This document shows, piece after piece, positions 9,295-17,488 of a stretch of 47,877 nucleotides of DNA. Every line of letters starts with the position of its first letter. The stretch's first letter is position 1. Under the pieces are notes generated by a model. It searched no databases. It was not told where the DNA came from and was given only the letters and a program-made list of their open reading frames with translations. The translations under genes and the position numbers were made by a program. Source of the stretch: an uncultured Gammaproteobacteria bacterium (lineage in GTDB: Bacteria; Patescibacteriota; Patescibacteriia; Patescibacteriales; UBA12465); the NCBI GenBank assembly GCA_964567645.1, contig CAZMNE010000001.1, positions 1 to 47,877 on the forward strand, given 5' to 3'.

Positions 9295-11184
9295 ATGGAA
9301 AAAGAAAAAAATTATAAAAAAAGGTCTAAAAAATTCGTTAGTCAAGAAAATGGCGGTTTAGAAGTTATCTCGCCAAACAATGATGCTAATGCTATTAATT
9401 CTGGAATTATTGAGCCTAATGAATCTGATAATGCTGTCAGCATTGACAAGGAGAGGGTTAATGTTAAAAAAAGTGGTAATCTAGTAGTGGGAAACCTAAA
9501 TTTAGTTTTAAATCCTCTTAAAAGAAGAAGTGAAAAATATTATAAAGAAAATATTTGGCATTTAATTGCTGATATTTTCTTAGTTTTATTAATAGCTTCC
9601 TTAATTTTATTTTTATTTCTTTTTAATAAAACCAAAGATAGAGATAATATAATGTTAAACATTAAGCCAAGTTCTGAGGATATTGTAGCTAGTTCTTTAA
9701 CCACCTTTGAGTTGGAATATCGATCTAATATCAAAGCTGATAACAGCGTTGTTAGTGTTTTATTGCCAGAAAATTTTATACTTGAATCAGTTTCTCCTAA
9801 TAATTTATTTGATCCAACTATTAATTCTTTTAATTTGGGTGATTTAGATATTAATTCAAATGGAAAAATAAAAATAAATGGATTAGTACAAGGGGGGATA
9901 GATGATCACCAAACAATTTCTTTTAATTTTAATTGTGATCAATGTGGGCGTAGCGGTTTTAATAATTCCTATATTTATAACATAGAAAAACAAGCCATTG
10001 ATCTCTTAACTAGCGTTAATAAAAATTTATATTTGAATGCTGAATTTGATGGAAAGCTATTGATAAAAAATAATTCTGATAACACTCTAGAAAATATTAA
10101 AATAAATTTTGGAAATGATATTATAATTAAAAAGTCTGATTATTCAATTGACAAGGGGCAAATAATTATAGACAACCTGGCTGCTCTAGGAGAAAAAACT
10201 ATTGATTTTGTGGCTATTCCTAAAAAGGAAGGCGAAATTAGTATAACCCCAAAAATAAATTTGAATTCTTTTGGACAAGAATTTTCTTTATCAGGTCAAG
10301 AATTCTCTTCTACGGTTAAAGCTCCTAGTTTAAATTTGACAATAAATAGTAATAAGCAAAATGTGGTTTTAGGTGAAAAGATAAAGTACTCCATAAACTA
10401 CAAAAATGAAGGATTAGAATCTTTAAAGGATATTAAAATAAATTTAATTTCTGGTAATCCTAATTTTTCTATAACTTCAATAAATAGCTCTAATTTAAAA
10501 AATGCTAAAATAAATAACAATTCTTTAGTTATTTATGATTTATTACCACAAGAATCTGGGTCTATTGATTTGGAGGTTTTATTCGATCAAAGACAGATTA
10601 ACGCTAATCAAGAATTATTTTTGAAAGCTGATTTAGAGTATCAAATTGCTGATCAAATTATTAAATATTCTTTAAATTCAGAAAAAAATAAGATGATATC
10701 GCAGGTCTCAACCTTGGTTGGAGGTTATTATTATAGTCCCCAAGGAGATCAATTGGGTGTTGGTCCTTTGCCTCCGGCTGTTGACATGGCTACAAATTAT
10801 TGGATTTTTTTAGAGTTTAATAATTCTGGTAATGATTTAGAAAATTTTTCTTTAACAGCTGAGTTACCAGAAAATGTTTATTTTTCTAATAACAAAAGAG
10901 TTTTGGATGGGGGATTAATATATGGAGAAATTGGCAAAAGATTAATTTGGGAAATATCTGAAATGTCGGGAGGAACTAATAAATATCGAGCTAATTTTGA
11001 AATTACTTTAATTCCAGGGGAAAATGATTTGGGGAAGGTTTTAAATTTATTAGAAAACATTAAGTTTACTGTTAAAGATAAATTTGTCGGCCAAGAATTG
11101 TCAGGTAATTTGAAAAATATTGACACTAATTTAGAAAGCGATAAATTATCTAGCGGAAAAGGACGAGTTGTAAATATAAGATAA
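9295..11184 (+). CDS. membrane-anchored exported protein with repeated beta-sandwich-like (DUF11/CARDB-like) segments, function unknown
   Basis: 629 aa. About 95-aa cytoplasmic N-terminal region, one TM helix (IWHLIADIFLVLLIASLILFLFLF), then a long Asn/Ser/Ile-rich extracellular region with recurring ..NxG..xLxNIKINL.. patterns. Confidence 0.6.
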   Translation: MEKEKNYKKRSKKFVSQENGGLEVISPNNDANAINSGIIEPNESDNAVSIDKERVNVKKSGNLVVGNLNLVLNPLKRRSEKYYKENIWHLIADIFLVLLIASLILFLFLFNKTKDRDNIMLNIKPSSEDIVASSLTTFELEYRSNIKADNSVVSVLLPENFILESVSPNNLFDPTINSFNLGDLDINSNGKIKINGLVQGGIDDHQTISFNFNCDQCGRSGFNNSYIYNIEKQAIDLLTSVNKNLYLNAEFDGKLLIKNNSDNTLENIKINFGNDIIIKKSDYSIDKGQIIIDNLAALGEKTIDFVAIPKKEGEISITPKINLNSFGQEFSLSGQEFSSTVKAPSLNLTINSNKQNVVLGEKIKYSINYKNEGLESLKDIKINLISGNPNFSITSINSSNLKNAKINNNSLVIYDLLPQESGSIDLEVLFDQRQINANQELFLKADLEYQIADQIIKYSLNSEKNKMISQVSTLVGGYYYSPQGDQLGVGPLPPAVDMATNYWIFLEFNNSGNDLENFSLTAELPENVYFSNNKRVLDGGLIYGEIGKRLIWEISEMSGGTNKYRANFEITLIPGENDLGKVLNLLENIKFTVKDKFVGQELSGNLKNIDTNLESDKLSSGKGRVVNIR

Positions 11185-11189
11185 TATCT

Positions 11190-12338
11190 ATGATTGAATT
11201 TTTTAAAAGAATAATAAAGCCAAAATATCAAACCTTAAATAAAATTGAAATATTGAAAGATAATTTAATTCATAATTTAAATTATCTTTATTCCTTGCAA
11301 GAGCAGGCTGAAATGTTTCCGGTTTTGAAGTCTAATGCCTATGGTCATGGACTGAGAGAGGTTTCTAAAATTTTAAATGAAACTAGGGTTAAAATGATGG
11401 CGGTTGATTCTTTTCCAGAAGCCCAAATTGTCTATAAATATTTTAGTAGAAATGTCTTGATATTAAACGAAATGCCTCTTAAAGCTTATAGGTATTGTAA
11501 GTTTCAAAGAACTGAGTTTGTGGTATATAATCAAGAAACTTTGAAATATTTAGCTAAAAAATTTGGCAGAAAAATAAAAATACATCTATTTTTAAATACT
11601 GGAATGAATCGAGAGGGGATTAATGATCTGGATATCTTCATTAAAGATAATCTGAAGTACCTAGAAAGGGTTAATATAGTCGGATTTTGCTCTCATTTGG
11701 CTGAATCTGATAATTCCAGCAGTGATTTTAATAAACAGCAAGAAAAGGTCTTTTTATCGGGATTAGATGTCTTAAATAAATATAAGATTTATCCAAAATG
11801 GATCCATCTAGGTAATTCTGGTGGAGTTTTTTTATTAAAAAACAATAGACTAAACTCTTTTAGGCCAGGCTTGTCTTTTTATGGATATAATCCCTTCAAT
11901 GGTGATGATTTTAGTAATTTAACAGCAAAATTAAAGCCTGCTTTACGAGTTTTTTCCACTATAACTTCTTTTCATAAAGTTAAAGCTGGAGAAAAAGTTT
12001 CTTATAGTAATGACTTTAAGGCTGAACAAGATTTAAATATAGCTACAATACCCTTTGGTTACTTTGAAGGCTTGGACAGAAGATTCTCTAATTGTGCAAA
12101 ATTTTTATTCACTAATAAAAATGAGGTTTTTTGGGGTAAAATAGCTGGGAAAGTTTGTATGAATCTTACTTGTATAAATTGTTTGGACAGGGAAGTGAAG
12201 CTTGGAGATGAAGTTAAGCTTATATCCGAAATAAAGGATATGGAAAACTCCATAGAAAGCTTAAGCAAAAAAATAGATATTATAAGCTATGAAATGCTTA
12301 TAAGGTTAAATTCTAATATAAAAAGAGTTATTGTTTAA
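11190..12338 (+). CDS. alr: alanine racemase
   Basis: PLP-lysine motif VLKSNAYGHG near the N-terminus. Length (382 aa) and C-terminal beta-domain pattern (ISYEMLIRL) fit Alr. Confidence 0.88.
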   Translation: MIEFFKRIIKPKYQTLNKIEILKDNLIHNLNYLYSLQEQAEMFPVLKSNAYGHGLREVSKILNETRVKMMAVDSFPEAQIVYKYFSRNVLILNEMPLKAYRYCKFQRTEFVVYNQETLKYLAKKFGRKIKIHLFLNTGMNREGINDLDIFIKDNLKYLERVNIVGFCSHLAESDNSSSDFNKQQEKVFLSGLDVLNKYKIYPKWIHLGNSGGVFLLKNNRLNSFRPGLSFYGYNPFNGDDFSNLTAKLKPALRVFSTITSFHKVKAGEKVSYSNDFKAEQDLNIATIPFGYFEGLDRRFSNCAKFLFTNKNEVFWGKIAGKVCMNLTCINCLDREVKLGDEVKLISEIKDMENSIESLSKKIDIISYEMLIRLNSNIKRVIV

Positions 12339-12347
12339 TTATAAGAC

Positions 12348-13352
12348 ATGAAGCCAAGAACTAAAACAAATTATTCCTTTTCTGAGAGAAATAAAAAAAC
12401 CCTTTCGGGGTCTTTTCGGGGATCAAAAAAAGAAAAAGATTTTAATATTTTTTGGTTTTTTTTAATATTTTTAATAATTATATTAATTTTACCCATTATT
12501 TCAATATTTTCTAATTTTTTTAATATTAGAAACATTGAAATAAAAGGCTTATTTAGAATAGATCAAGCAGGGATAGAAAATATAGTCTTAGAACAAAAAA
12601 ATAATAAAAAATTTTTTATAAAGCAGGAAAATTTAATATTTTTTAATAAAAATAATTTAATAAAATCTTTAGAAGAATATAATTTTAAAAATGTGTATGT
12701 TGAAAAGAAGCTTTTAAAAAGAGCTTTAAATATAGACATAGAAGAAAGAACTCAATCTTTTATTTTTTTTGAAAGTAATATTTATTTTTTTGTTGATTCC
12801 GAAGGTTATATAATAGATCATTCTTATAGCTGTAATTATATAGAAGAGCTTAAAAGCAAGATTAAACCGGTTATTATTGATTCTAATTCTTCTAGCACAG
12901 AAGAAGATATAGCAATTAATGAAATTGATAATACCGATAAAAATGAAGGATATCGAGAGATTATTTCTGAAAATTCTAATAATTGTTTAATATTAGATGA
13001 AAACTATAAAAAAGAAAATCTATATCCAATAATAGAAAATATTGGTAAAAATAAGGTTAGCGATGATCAAAAAAGGATAAAATTAGATCAAGAATATATT
13101 GATTTTACCATTAAACTATATAATGACATCGATATCAGTGGTGATTTTGGTCTTAAAAACGTTATTTTGGATGAAGAGTATAATACTGTCAAAATTAGGT
13201 TAAATAACGACCTAGAGGTCTATTTTAGCTTTAAAAATGAGTATTCTGACCAGATATCTCGCTTTTTTGTGTTAAAAAAAGAGCTAGGGGAAGACTTAAG
13301 GGGTAAAAAATACATAGATCTTAGGTATGGTGATAAAATTTTTTATTATTAA
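12348..13352 (+). CDS. FtsQ/DivIB-like cell-division protein
   Basis: Basic cytoplasmic N-terminal region, single TM helix, POTRA-like IRNIEIKGLFRIDQAGIENIV, C-terminal ..KYIDLRYGDKIFY typical of FtsQ family ends. Confidence 0.55.
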   Translation: MKPRTKTNYSFSERNKKTLSGSFRGSKKEKDFNIFWFFLIFLIIILILPIISIFSNFFNIRNIEIKGLFRIDQAGIENIVLEQKNNKKFFIKQENLIFFNKNNLIKSLEEYNFKNVYVEKKLLKRALNIDIEERTQSFIFFESNIYFFVDSEGYIIDHSYSCNYIEELKSKIKPVIIDSNSSSTEEDIAINEIDNTDKNEGYREIISENSNNCLILDENYKKENLYPIIENIGKNKVSDDQKRIKLDQEYIDFTIKLYNDIDISGDFGLKNVILDEEYNTVKIRLNNDLEVYFSFKNEYSDQISRFFVLKKELGEDLRGKKYIDLRYGDKIFYY

Positions 13353-13365
13353 TTAATATAAAAGT

Positions 13366-13509
13366 ATGGGTGAAGGAATGTTTAAATTTGTTTTTATTTT
13401 AGCGATTTTTATTTTTTGTTTAGTCACAATAGGAGTATTTTTAATTATTTTAAAAATATTACTTTTATTTACTCCGGAAATAAACATAATGGGATTAAAT
13501 ATAGTTTAG
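13366..13509 (+). CDS. possible 47-aa hydrophobic peptide (not in the ORF track)
   Basis: ATG 13366 to TAG 13507-13509 encodes MGEGMFKFVFILAIFIFCLVTIGVFLIILKILLLFTPEINIMGLNIV, one predicted TM helix. No other support. Confidence 0.2.
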   Translation: MGEGMFKFVFILAIFIFCLVTIGVFLIILKILLLFTPEINIMGLNIV

Positions 13510-13527
13510 GTATAGACACTGCAAATC

Positions 13528-13556
13528 TTGACTTAATTGCATTGATTAAGTATTAT
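13528..13556 (+). promoter_or_regulatory. candidate promoter for the xer operon (TTGACT-17 nt-TATTAT)
   Basis: TTGACT 13528-13533, 17-nt spacer, TATTAT 13551-13556, 54 nt upstream of the ATG at 13610. Confidence 0.4.
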
Positions 13557-13609
13557 TTAATATATAAGGTTAATTAATATACATAATAAGAAGTAAGAGA
13601 TATCAAATT

Positions 13610-14581
13610 ATGTCTGCTACCCCAGGCGCTAAGCCTATAATAAAACATTTAACTGACTTTTTAAACTATTGTGAAATAGAGAAAGGTTTGGCTAATAAGA
13701 CTCAAGAAAACTATTCTAGATTTCTAGGAGATTTTTTTTCCTGGTTAAAAAATAATAGACTCGAAACTTTAAAGCCTAAGGATTTATCCGATGAACACGT
13801 TTGGAGATATCGATTATATCTATCTAGAAATAAAAGTATTAGAACTAAAACCGAATTAAAGAAAGTTACGCAAAATTTATATTTAATTGCTTTAAGGTCA
13901 TTATTGGAATATTTTTTAGAAAAGAATATTACTTCCCTGCCTCCCAGCAAAATAAAATTAGCCAAAGACACTAGAGACAAAGAGGTTAATTTTTTAAATT
14001 TATCACAGGTAGAAAAATTATTAGATTCTCCTGATACTAGCACAAAACAAGGAATGCGTGATAGGGCTATGCTTGAAACATTCTTCTCTACTGGATTACG
14101 TGTTCAGGAATTGGTTAATTTGAATAGAGATCAAATTAAGATTGATAAAAACACAGAAGATCTAGAAATTGTTGTCGTTGGCAAAGGTAGTAAAGTTAGG
14201 ACTGTTTATTTTTCAAAAAGGGCCGTTCATTGGTTAAAAAAATATCTTGACTCTAGATTTGATATTGATGAAGCTCTATTTATTAATTACTGGAAACCAG
14301 CTCAAAATTCCGACAAATCAAGAAGACTAACTGTCAAAAGTGTTGATAATATAGTTAAAAAATATGTAAAAATAGCTGGATTACCAATAATGACAACTCC
14401 TCATACCCTGAGACACTCTTTCGCCACAGATTTACTCTCTCAAGGGGTTGATTTAAGATTGGTTCAGGAATTTTTAGGTCATAAAAATATCGCTACCACT
14501 CAAATATACACCCATGTTACAAAAAAACAATTGAGAGATATACATAGAAAGATCCACTCTCAAAGAGGTTTTGAAAAATAA
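13610..14581 (+). CDS. xerC: tyrosine site-specific recombinase, XerC/XerD family
   Basis: Full catalytic set visible: TGLRVQEL (Arg), GKGSKVR (Lys), HTLRHSFAT (His-x-x-Arg), LGHKNIATTQIYTHV (His, Tyr), plus an N-terminal SAM-like core-binding domain. Confidence 0.9.
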   Translation: MSATPGAKPIIKHLTDFLNYCEIEKGLANKTQENYSRFLGDFFSWLKNNRLETLKPKDLSDEHVWRYRLYLSRNKSIRTKTELKKVTQNLYLIALRSLLEYFLEKNITSLPPSKIKLAKDTRDKEVNFLNLSQVEKLLDSPDTSTKQGMRDRAMLETFFSTGLRVQELVNLNRDQIKIDKNTEDLEIVVVGKGSKVRTVYFSKRAVHWLKKYLDSRFDIDEALFINYWKPAQNSDKSRRLTVKSVDNIVKKYVKIAGLPIMTTPHTLRHSFATDLLSQGVDLRLVQEFLGHKNIATTQIYTHVTKKQLRDIHRKIHSQRGFEK

Positions 14582-14593
14582 TATTTTTAAAAT

Positions 14594-15061
14594 ATGATAA
14601 ATGAATGGATCAAAACTGAGGAAAAAATAAATAAGATTGCTTTATTTTTAAGGGAGAATATAGATCAATCCCCTTTCTCAAGCAATGATCCAATTAAATG
14701 CTCTAATTGTATTTTTAGAAAAATTGCTATTCTAATATTAGAAAAAAAAATTAAAATAAAAAAAATTTATATAAAAAATAATCCTATAATAGAGAAAAAT
14801 AAGATTTTAAAACATGGATCTTTTTGGCATAATTCTTTTATAGAAAATATAGATCATTTTTTTATAAAAAATGGATATGAGACAGAAAAAGAACCTTGTT
14901 TATTTTATGGAAGAGCTGACTTATTAATACCAAAATTAAATTTATATATTGAGGTCGGAACTGTAAATATCTATAAATTATTATGCAATCTGAATAAAAT
15001 GAATAATTATATACTGCATATAATACCAAGCAATAATTATCTTTTAGAAATAAAAATATGA
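14594..15061 (+). CDS. hypothetical 155-aa protein, tentative PD-(D/E)xK-like core
   Basis: Starts 12 nt after the xer stop. Its TGA overlaps the next ATG (ATGA at 15058-15061). The segment E..E..GRADLLIPKLNLYIEVGT (14879-14959) loosely resembles a restriction-endonuclease-fold motif but lacks the Lys. Confidence 0.5.
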   Translation: MINEWIKTEEKINKIALFLRENIDQSPFSSNDPIKCSNCIFRKIAILILEKKIKIKKIYIKNNPIIEKNKILKHGSFWHNSFIENIDHFFIKNGYETEKEPCLFYGRADLLIPKLNLYIEVGTVNIYKLLCNLNKMNNYILHIIPSNNYLLEIKI

Positions 15062-15657
15062 ACAATCTTTTAAAAAACTTCACTTGTTTTTTGAGCAAGA
15101 ATGGTTATAGTCAATCCAGTATAAATTCTTATTTTTTTGCTATAAAAGATTTTTTACAATATTTAAGCGATAACAAAATAGACTATAATGACTTTAATAA
15201 TTCTGATATAAAAAAATATAAACAAGTTAATTTAAATAAAAAGTCTGACAGAACTATAAATTTATATATTTCTTCACTAAAGAGATATATAAATTTTTTA
15301 GACAAAAAAAATATAAAAATTGACGATTCTTTTTCTCAAATAAAAACAATAAAAAATAAAGAAAATAAAATTTATCCTAATGCTTTAAAAGATTTTATTA
15401 TAAATATAAAAAAGGATAATAAAAGTGAAATAATAAAAAAAAGAAATGAATACTTGCTAACTTTACTGTACTATTCTGGCTTAAAGACAAAGGATATATT
15501 AAAACTAAGATTCAAAAATATAATAATTGATAAAAAAATAGAAAATATAGAAATAATAAATAATATTTTAGAATATTATAAAAAATTTAAATTTTCTATA
15601 AATGACTTTGTTTTTTTAGTTTCGCCAATAATAAAATTAATTATAATAAGTCCTTAA
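15058..15657 (+). CDS. degenerate tyrosine-recombinase-like protein (core-binding domain plus start of catalytic domain), apparently frameshifted
   Basis: N-terminus matches the integrase SAM-like domain pattern (FLSKNGYSQSSINSYFFAIKDFLQYL). KRNEYLLTLLYYSGLKTKDILKL matches the box I region but has Lys where the catalytic Arg sits. The recombinase-like continuation (SLTEKSVQDIFKKY..) is in the -1 frame, 15606-15899. Confidence 0.6.
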   Translation: MNNLLKNFTCFLSKNGYSQSSINSYFFAIKDFLQYLSDNKIDYNDFNNSDIKKYKQVNLNKKSDRTINLYISSLKRYINFLDKKNIKIDDSFSQIKTIKNKENKIYPNALKDFIINIKKDNKSEIIKKRNEYLLTLLYYSGLKTKDILKLRFKNIIIDKKIENIEIINNILEYYKKFKFSINDFVFLVSPIIKLIIISP

Positions 15658-15865
15658 CAGAAAAATCTGTTCAGGATATTTTTAAAAAATATAGAAACAA
15701 AGAGTTTAAAAATTTATCTATAACAGATTTTAAAAAAATTGAACCACTTTTAATAATATCTGATAATATAAATAAAGAAAATAATTTTTTCGCAGAAGAG
15801 ATAGAGGAGTATCATTATAAGTTAGATTATTTTAATTATCTCAAAAAATATCTATAATATTTATA

Positions 15866-15897
15866 AAAAATCGGACTTATTGTCCGATATTTATTTA
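15866..15897. terminator. hairpin flanked by A- and T-runs, candidate bidirectional terminator
   Basis: Stem ATCGGAC (15871-15877) / GTCCGAT (15883-15889), loop TTATT, AAAAA upstream and ATTTATTT downstream. Confidence 0.5.
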
Positions 15898-16188
15898 AAG
15901 ATAAATTATTATTAATTCTAGATAATAATCATCTTTTAAATGGATTTTACTCAAAGATGAAGAAAAAATCTCCCCTTTTTTAATGATCCAACGATATTTT
16001 TCTCCTCTGTGATGAAAAAGATTATTTTTTTTACCAACCTTTTTTAATCCATAAAAAGAAATAGGAATTTTTTCAGATTTTTCGATTCCGAAAACCTTTC
16101 CCGAACCTAAAAATTTTAAAGCTGTCTTCCCTGTTATGCGAGGATAACATTGAAAAACATTTAAATTAATCAATTCTAAAGTTCTCAA
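15895..16188 (-). CDS. hypothetical 97-aa protein (TTG start only)
   Basis: Open frame 11 nt downstream of the M23 peptidase gene. It has no internal Met and would need the TTG at 16188. No recognisable motif. Confidence 0.3.
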   Translation of the reverse strand: MRTLELINLNVFQCYPRITGKTALKFLGSGKVFGIEKSEKIPISFYGLKKVGKKNNLFHHRGEKYRWIIKKGEIFSSSLSKIHLKDDYYLELIIIYL

Positions 16189-16199
16189 AGTATATAAAT

Positions 16200-17465
16200 T
16201 TATGGTAAATAATTTAAAGGATTAACCGGAATTCCATCTTTTCTAATTTCAAAGTGTAAATGAGGTCCTGTAGAAAAAGGACCAGCTCCCGGAGTTCTAG
16301 GCGCACCTCCAGTTCTTCCAATTACTTGTCCTTGGGTTACATATTGGTCCTCTTTAACACTTACAGCCGAAACATGTCCATAAACACTAGAATAAGTATC
16401 ATCATGTATTATCATAATATATCCATAATTAGTACTGCCATCAAATTTAACCCTAGCAACATAACCAGAAGCAGTAGCCATTAAGGTAGAGCCCTGAGAG
16501 GCTCTAATATCAATCCCAGAGTGTTCTCCAATTGATTTCCTAAAAGGATAAGATGGATCATGAAAAGTGGCTGTAATGGTATTTTTAGTTACTGGCCAAG
16601 CAAAATCACTTACTTGTTCTTGAATTCCGCTATCTCCTTTTTTGGCTAATTTTTCTCGAACGGTTCTTTCTAATGAAGAAATATCTGCCATAGCTTGATC
16701 GTTCTCCTTTTTTGCTCTATCCAATAATTTTTTATATTCCTTTTCTGATTGCTGTGTTTCGGATAAAATAAATTCTTTATTGGTTATTTCACCGTCTAAA
16801 ATATTTTTCTTATTTTCTAATTCTTTTTTTAATTCAGCTAATTTATTTTTTTTCTCTTCTAAAACTTTCTTTTGTTCATCCATTTCTTCTTTCCCAATTT
16901 TTAAAGTAGCTAAACTTTGACTTATTTCCTCATTAGTATTTTCTAAATAAGTTAATTGATTTATAAAGTCAGCTAAAGAATTATTTAATAAAATAACCTC
17001 TAGAGGACTAGTTTCTCCTTGTTTGTATATTAATTTTAGTAAAGTGGCAATATGCTCCTTTTCTTTTTCTATTTGCTCAGTTTTGTTTTCTAAATCTATT
17101 TCAATTTTTTTTATTTCCAAATTATTTTTGCTTATTTCTAAAGTAGCTTCATCAATTTCTAATTCTGATTGTTTTAACCTAGTGTCTAGAATTTCTAATT
17201 GATTCTGCAAACTATCTTGCTCTTGTTCTTTTTCTTTAATTAATTTGGCATATTCAGCTTGTTTTTTTTGCAAAGCCTCCATTTGCTTTCTTTGGGTTTG
17301 GATTTGACTGTTTAAATCTTCGATTTCGGAATCAATACTAGAATATTGTCCAATGGCAGAATCTGATTTTAATAAAAAAAGACCTGAAACTAGAAAAAGT
17401 CCCAAGAAATAAATTAAAAATTTTTTATAATTTTTATTCATATTTTTGTTAATAAACAATAACAT
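16200..17465 (-). CDS. M23-family metallopeptidase with long N-terminal coiled coil (EnvC-like)
   Basis: Signal/TM helix, about 250 aa of heptad-like E/K/Q/L-rich sequence, then M23 motifs HSGIDI, YGHVS, GPHLHFEIRKDGIPVNPLNYL. Confidence 0.88.
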   Translation of the reverse strand: MLLFINKNMNKNYKKFLIYFLGLFLVSGLFLLKSDSAIGQYSSIDSEIEDLNSQIQTQRKQMEALQKKQAEYAKLIKEKEQEQDSLQNQLEILDTRLKQSELEIDEATLEISKNNLEIKKIEIDLENKTEQIEKEKEHIATLLKLIYKQGETSPLEVILLNNSLADFINQLTYLENTNEEISQSLATLKIGKEEMDEQKKVLEEKKNKLAELKKELENKKNILDGEITNKEFILSETQQSEKEYKKLLDRAKKENDQAMADISSLERTVREKLAKKGDSGIQEQVSDFAWPVTKNTITATFHDPSYPFRKSIGEHSGIDIRASQGSTLMATASGYVARVKFDGSTNYGYIMIIHDDTYSSVYGHVSAVSVKEDQYVTQGQVIGRTGGAPRTPGAGPFSTGPHLHFEIRKDGIPVNPLNYLP

Positions 17466-17488
17466 ATTTTTGATAAAAAGGCAAGGTC

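Noticed and set aside
13529-13549. 7-bp inverted repeat ACTTAAT-n7-ATTAAGT overlapping the xer promoter -35, considered as a dif-like site or operator.
   Set aside because: Short AT-rich inverted repeats are expected by chance in this composition. The arm length and spacer do not match the 11-6-11 dif architecture.
13610-15899. Xer cluster considered as an integrated mobile element or integron-like platform.
   Set aside because: I detected no flanking direct or inverted repeats, no cargo genes, no tRNA target and no compositional shift. The flanking genes are ordinary (an ftsQ-like gene and an M23 peptidase).
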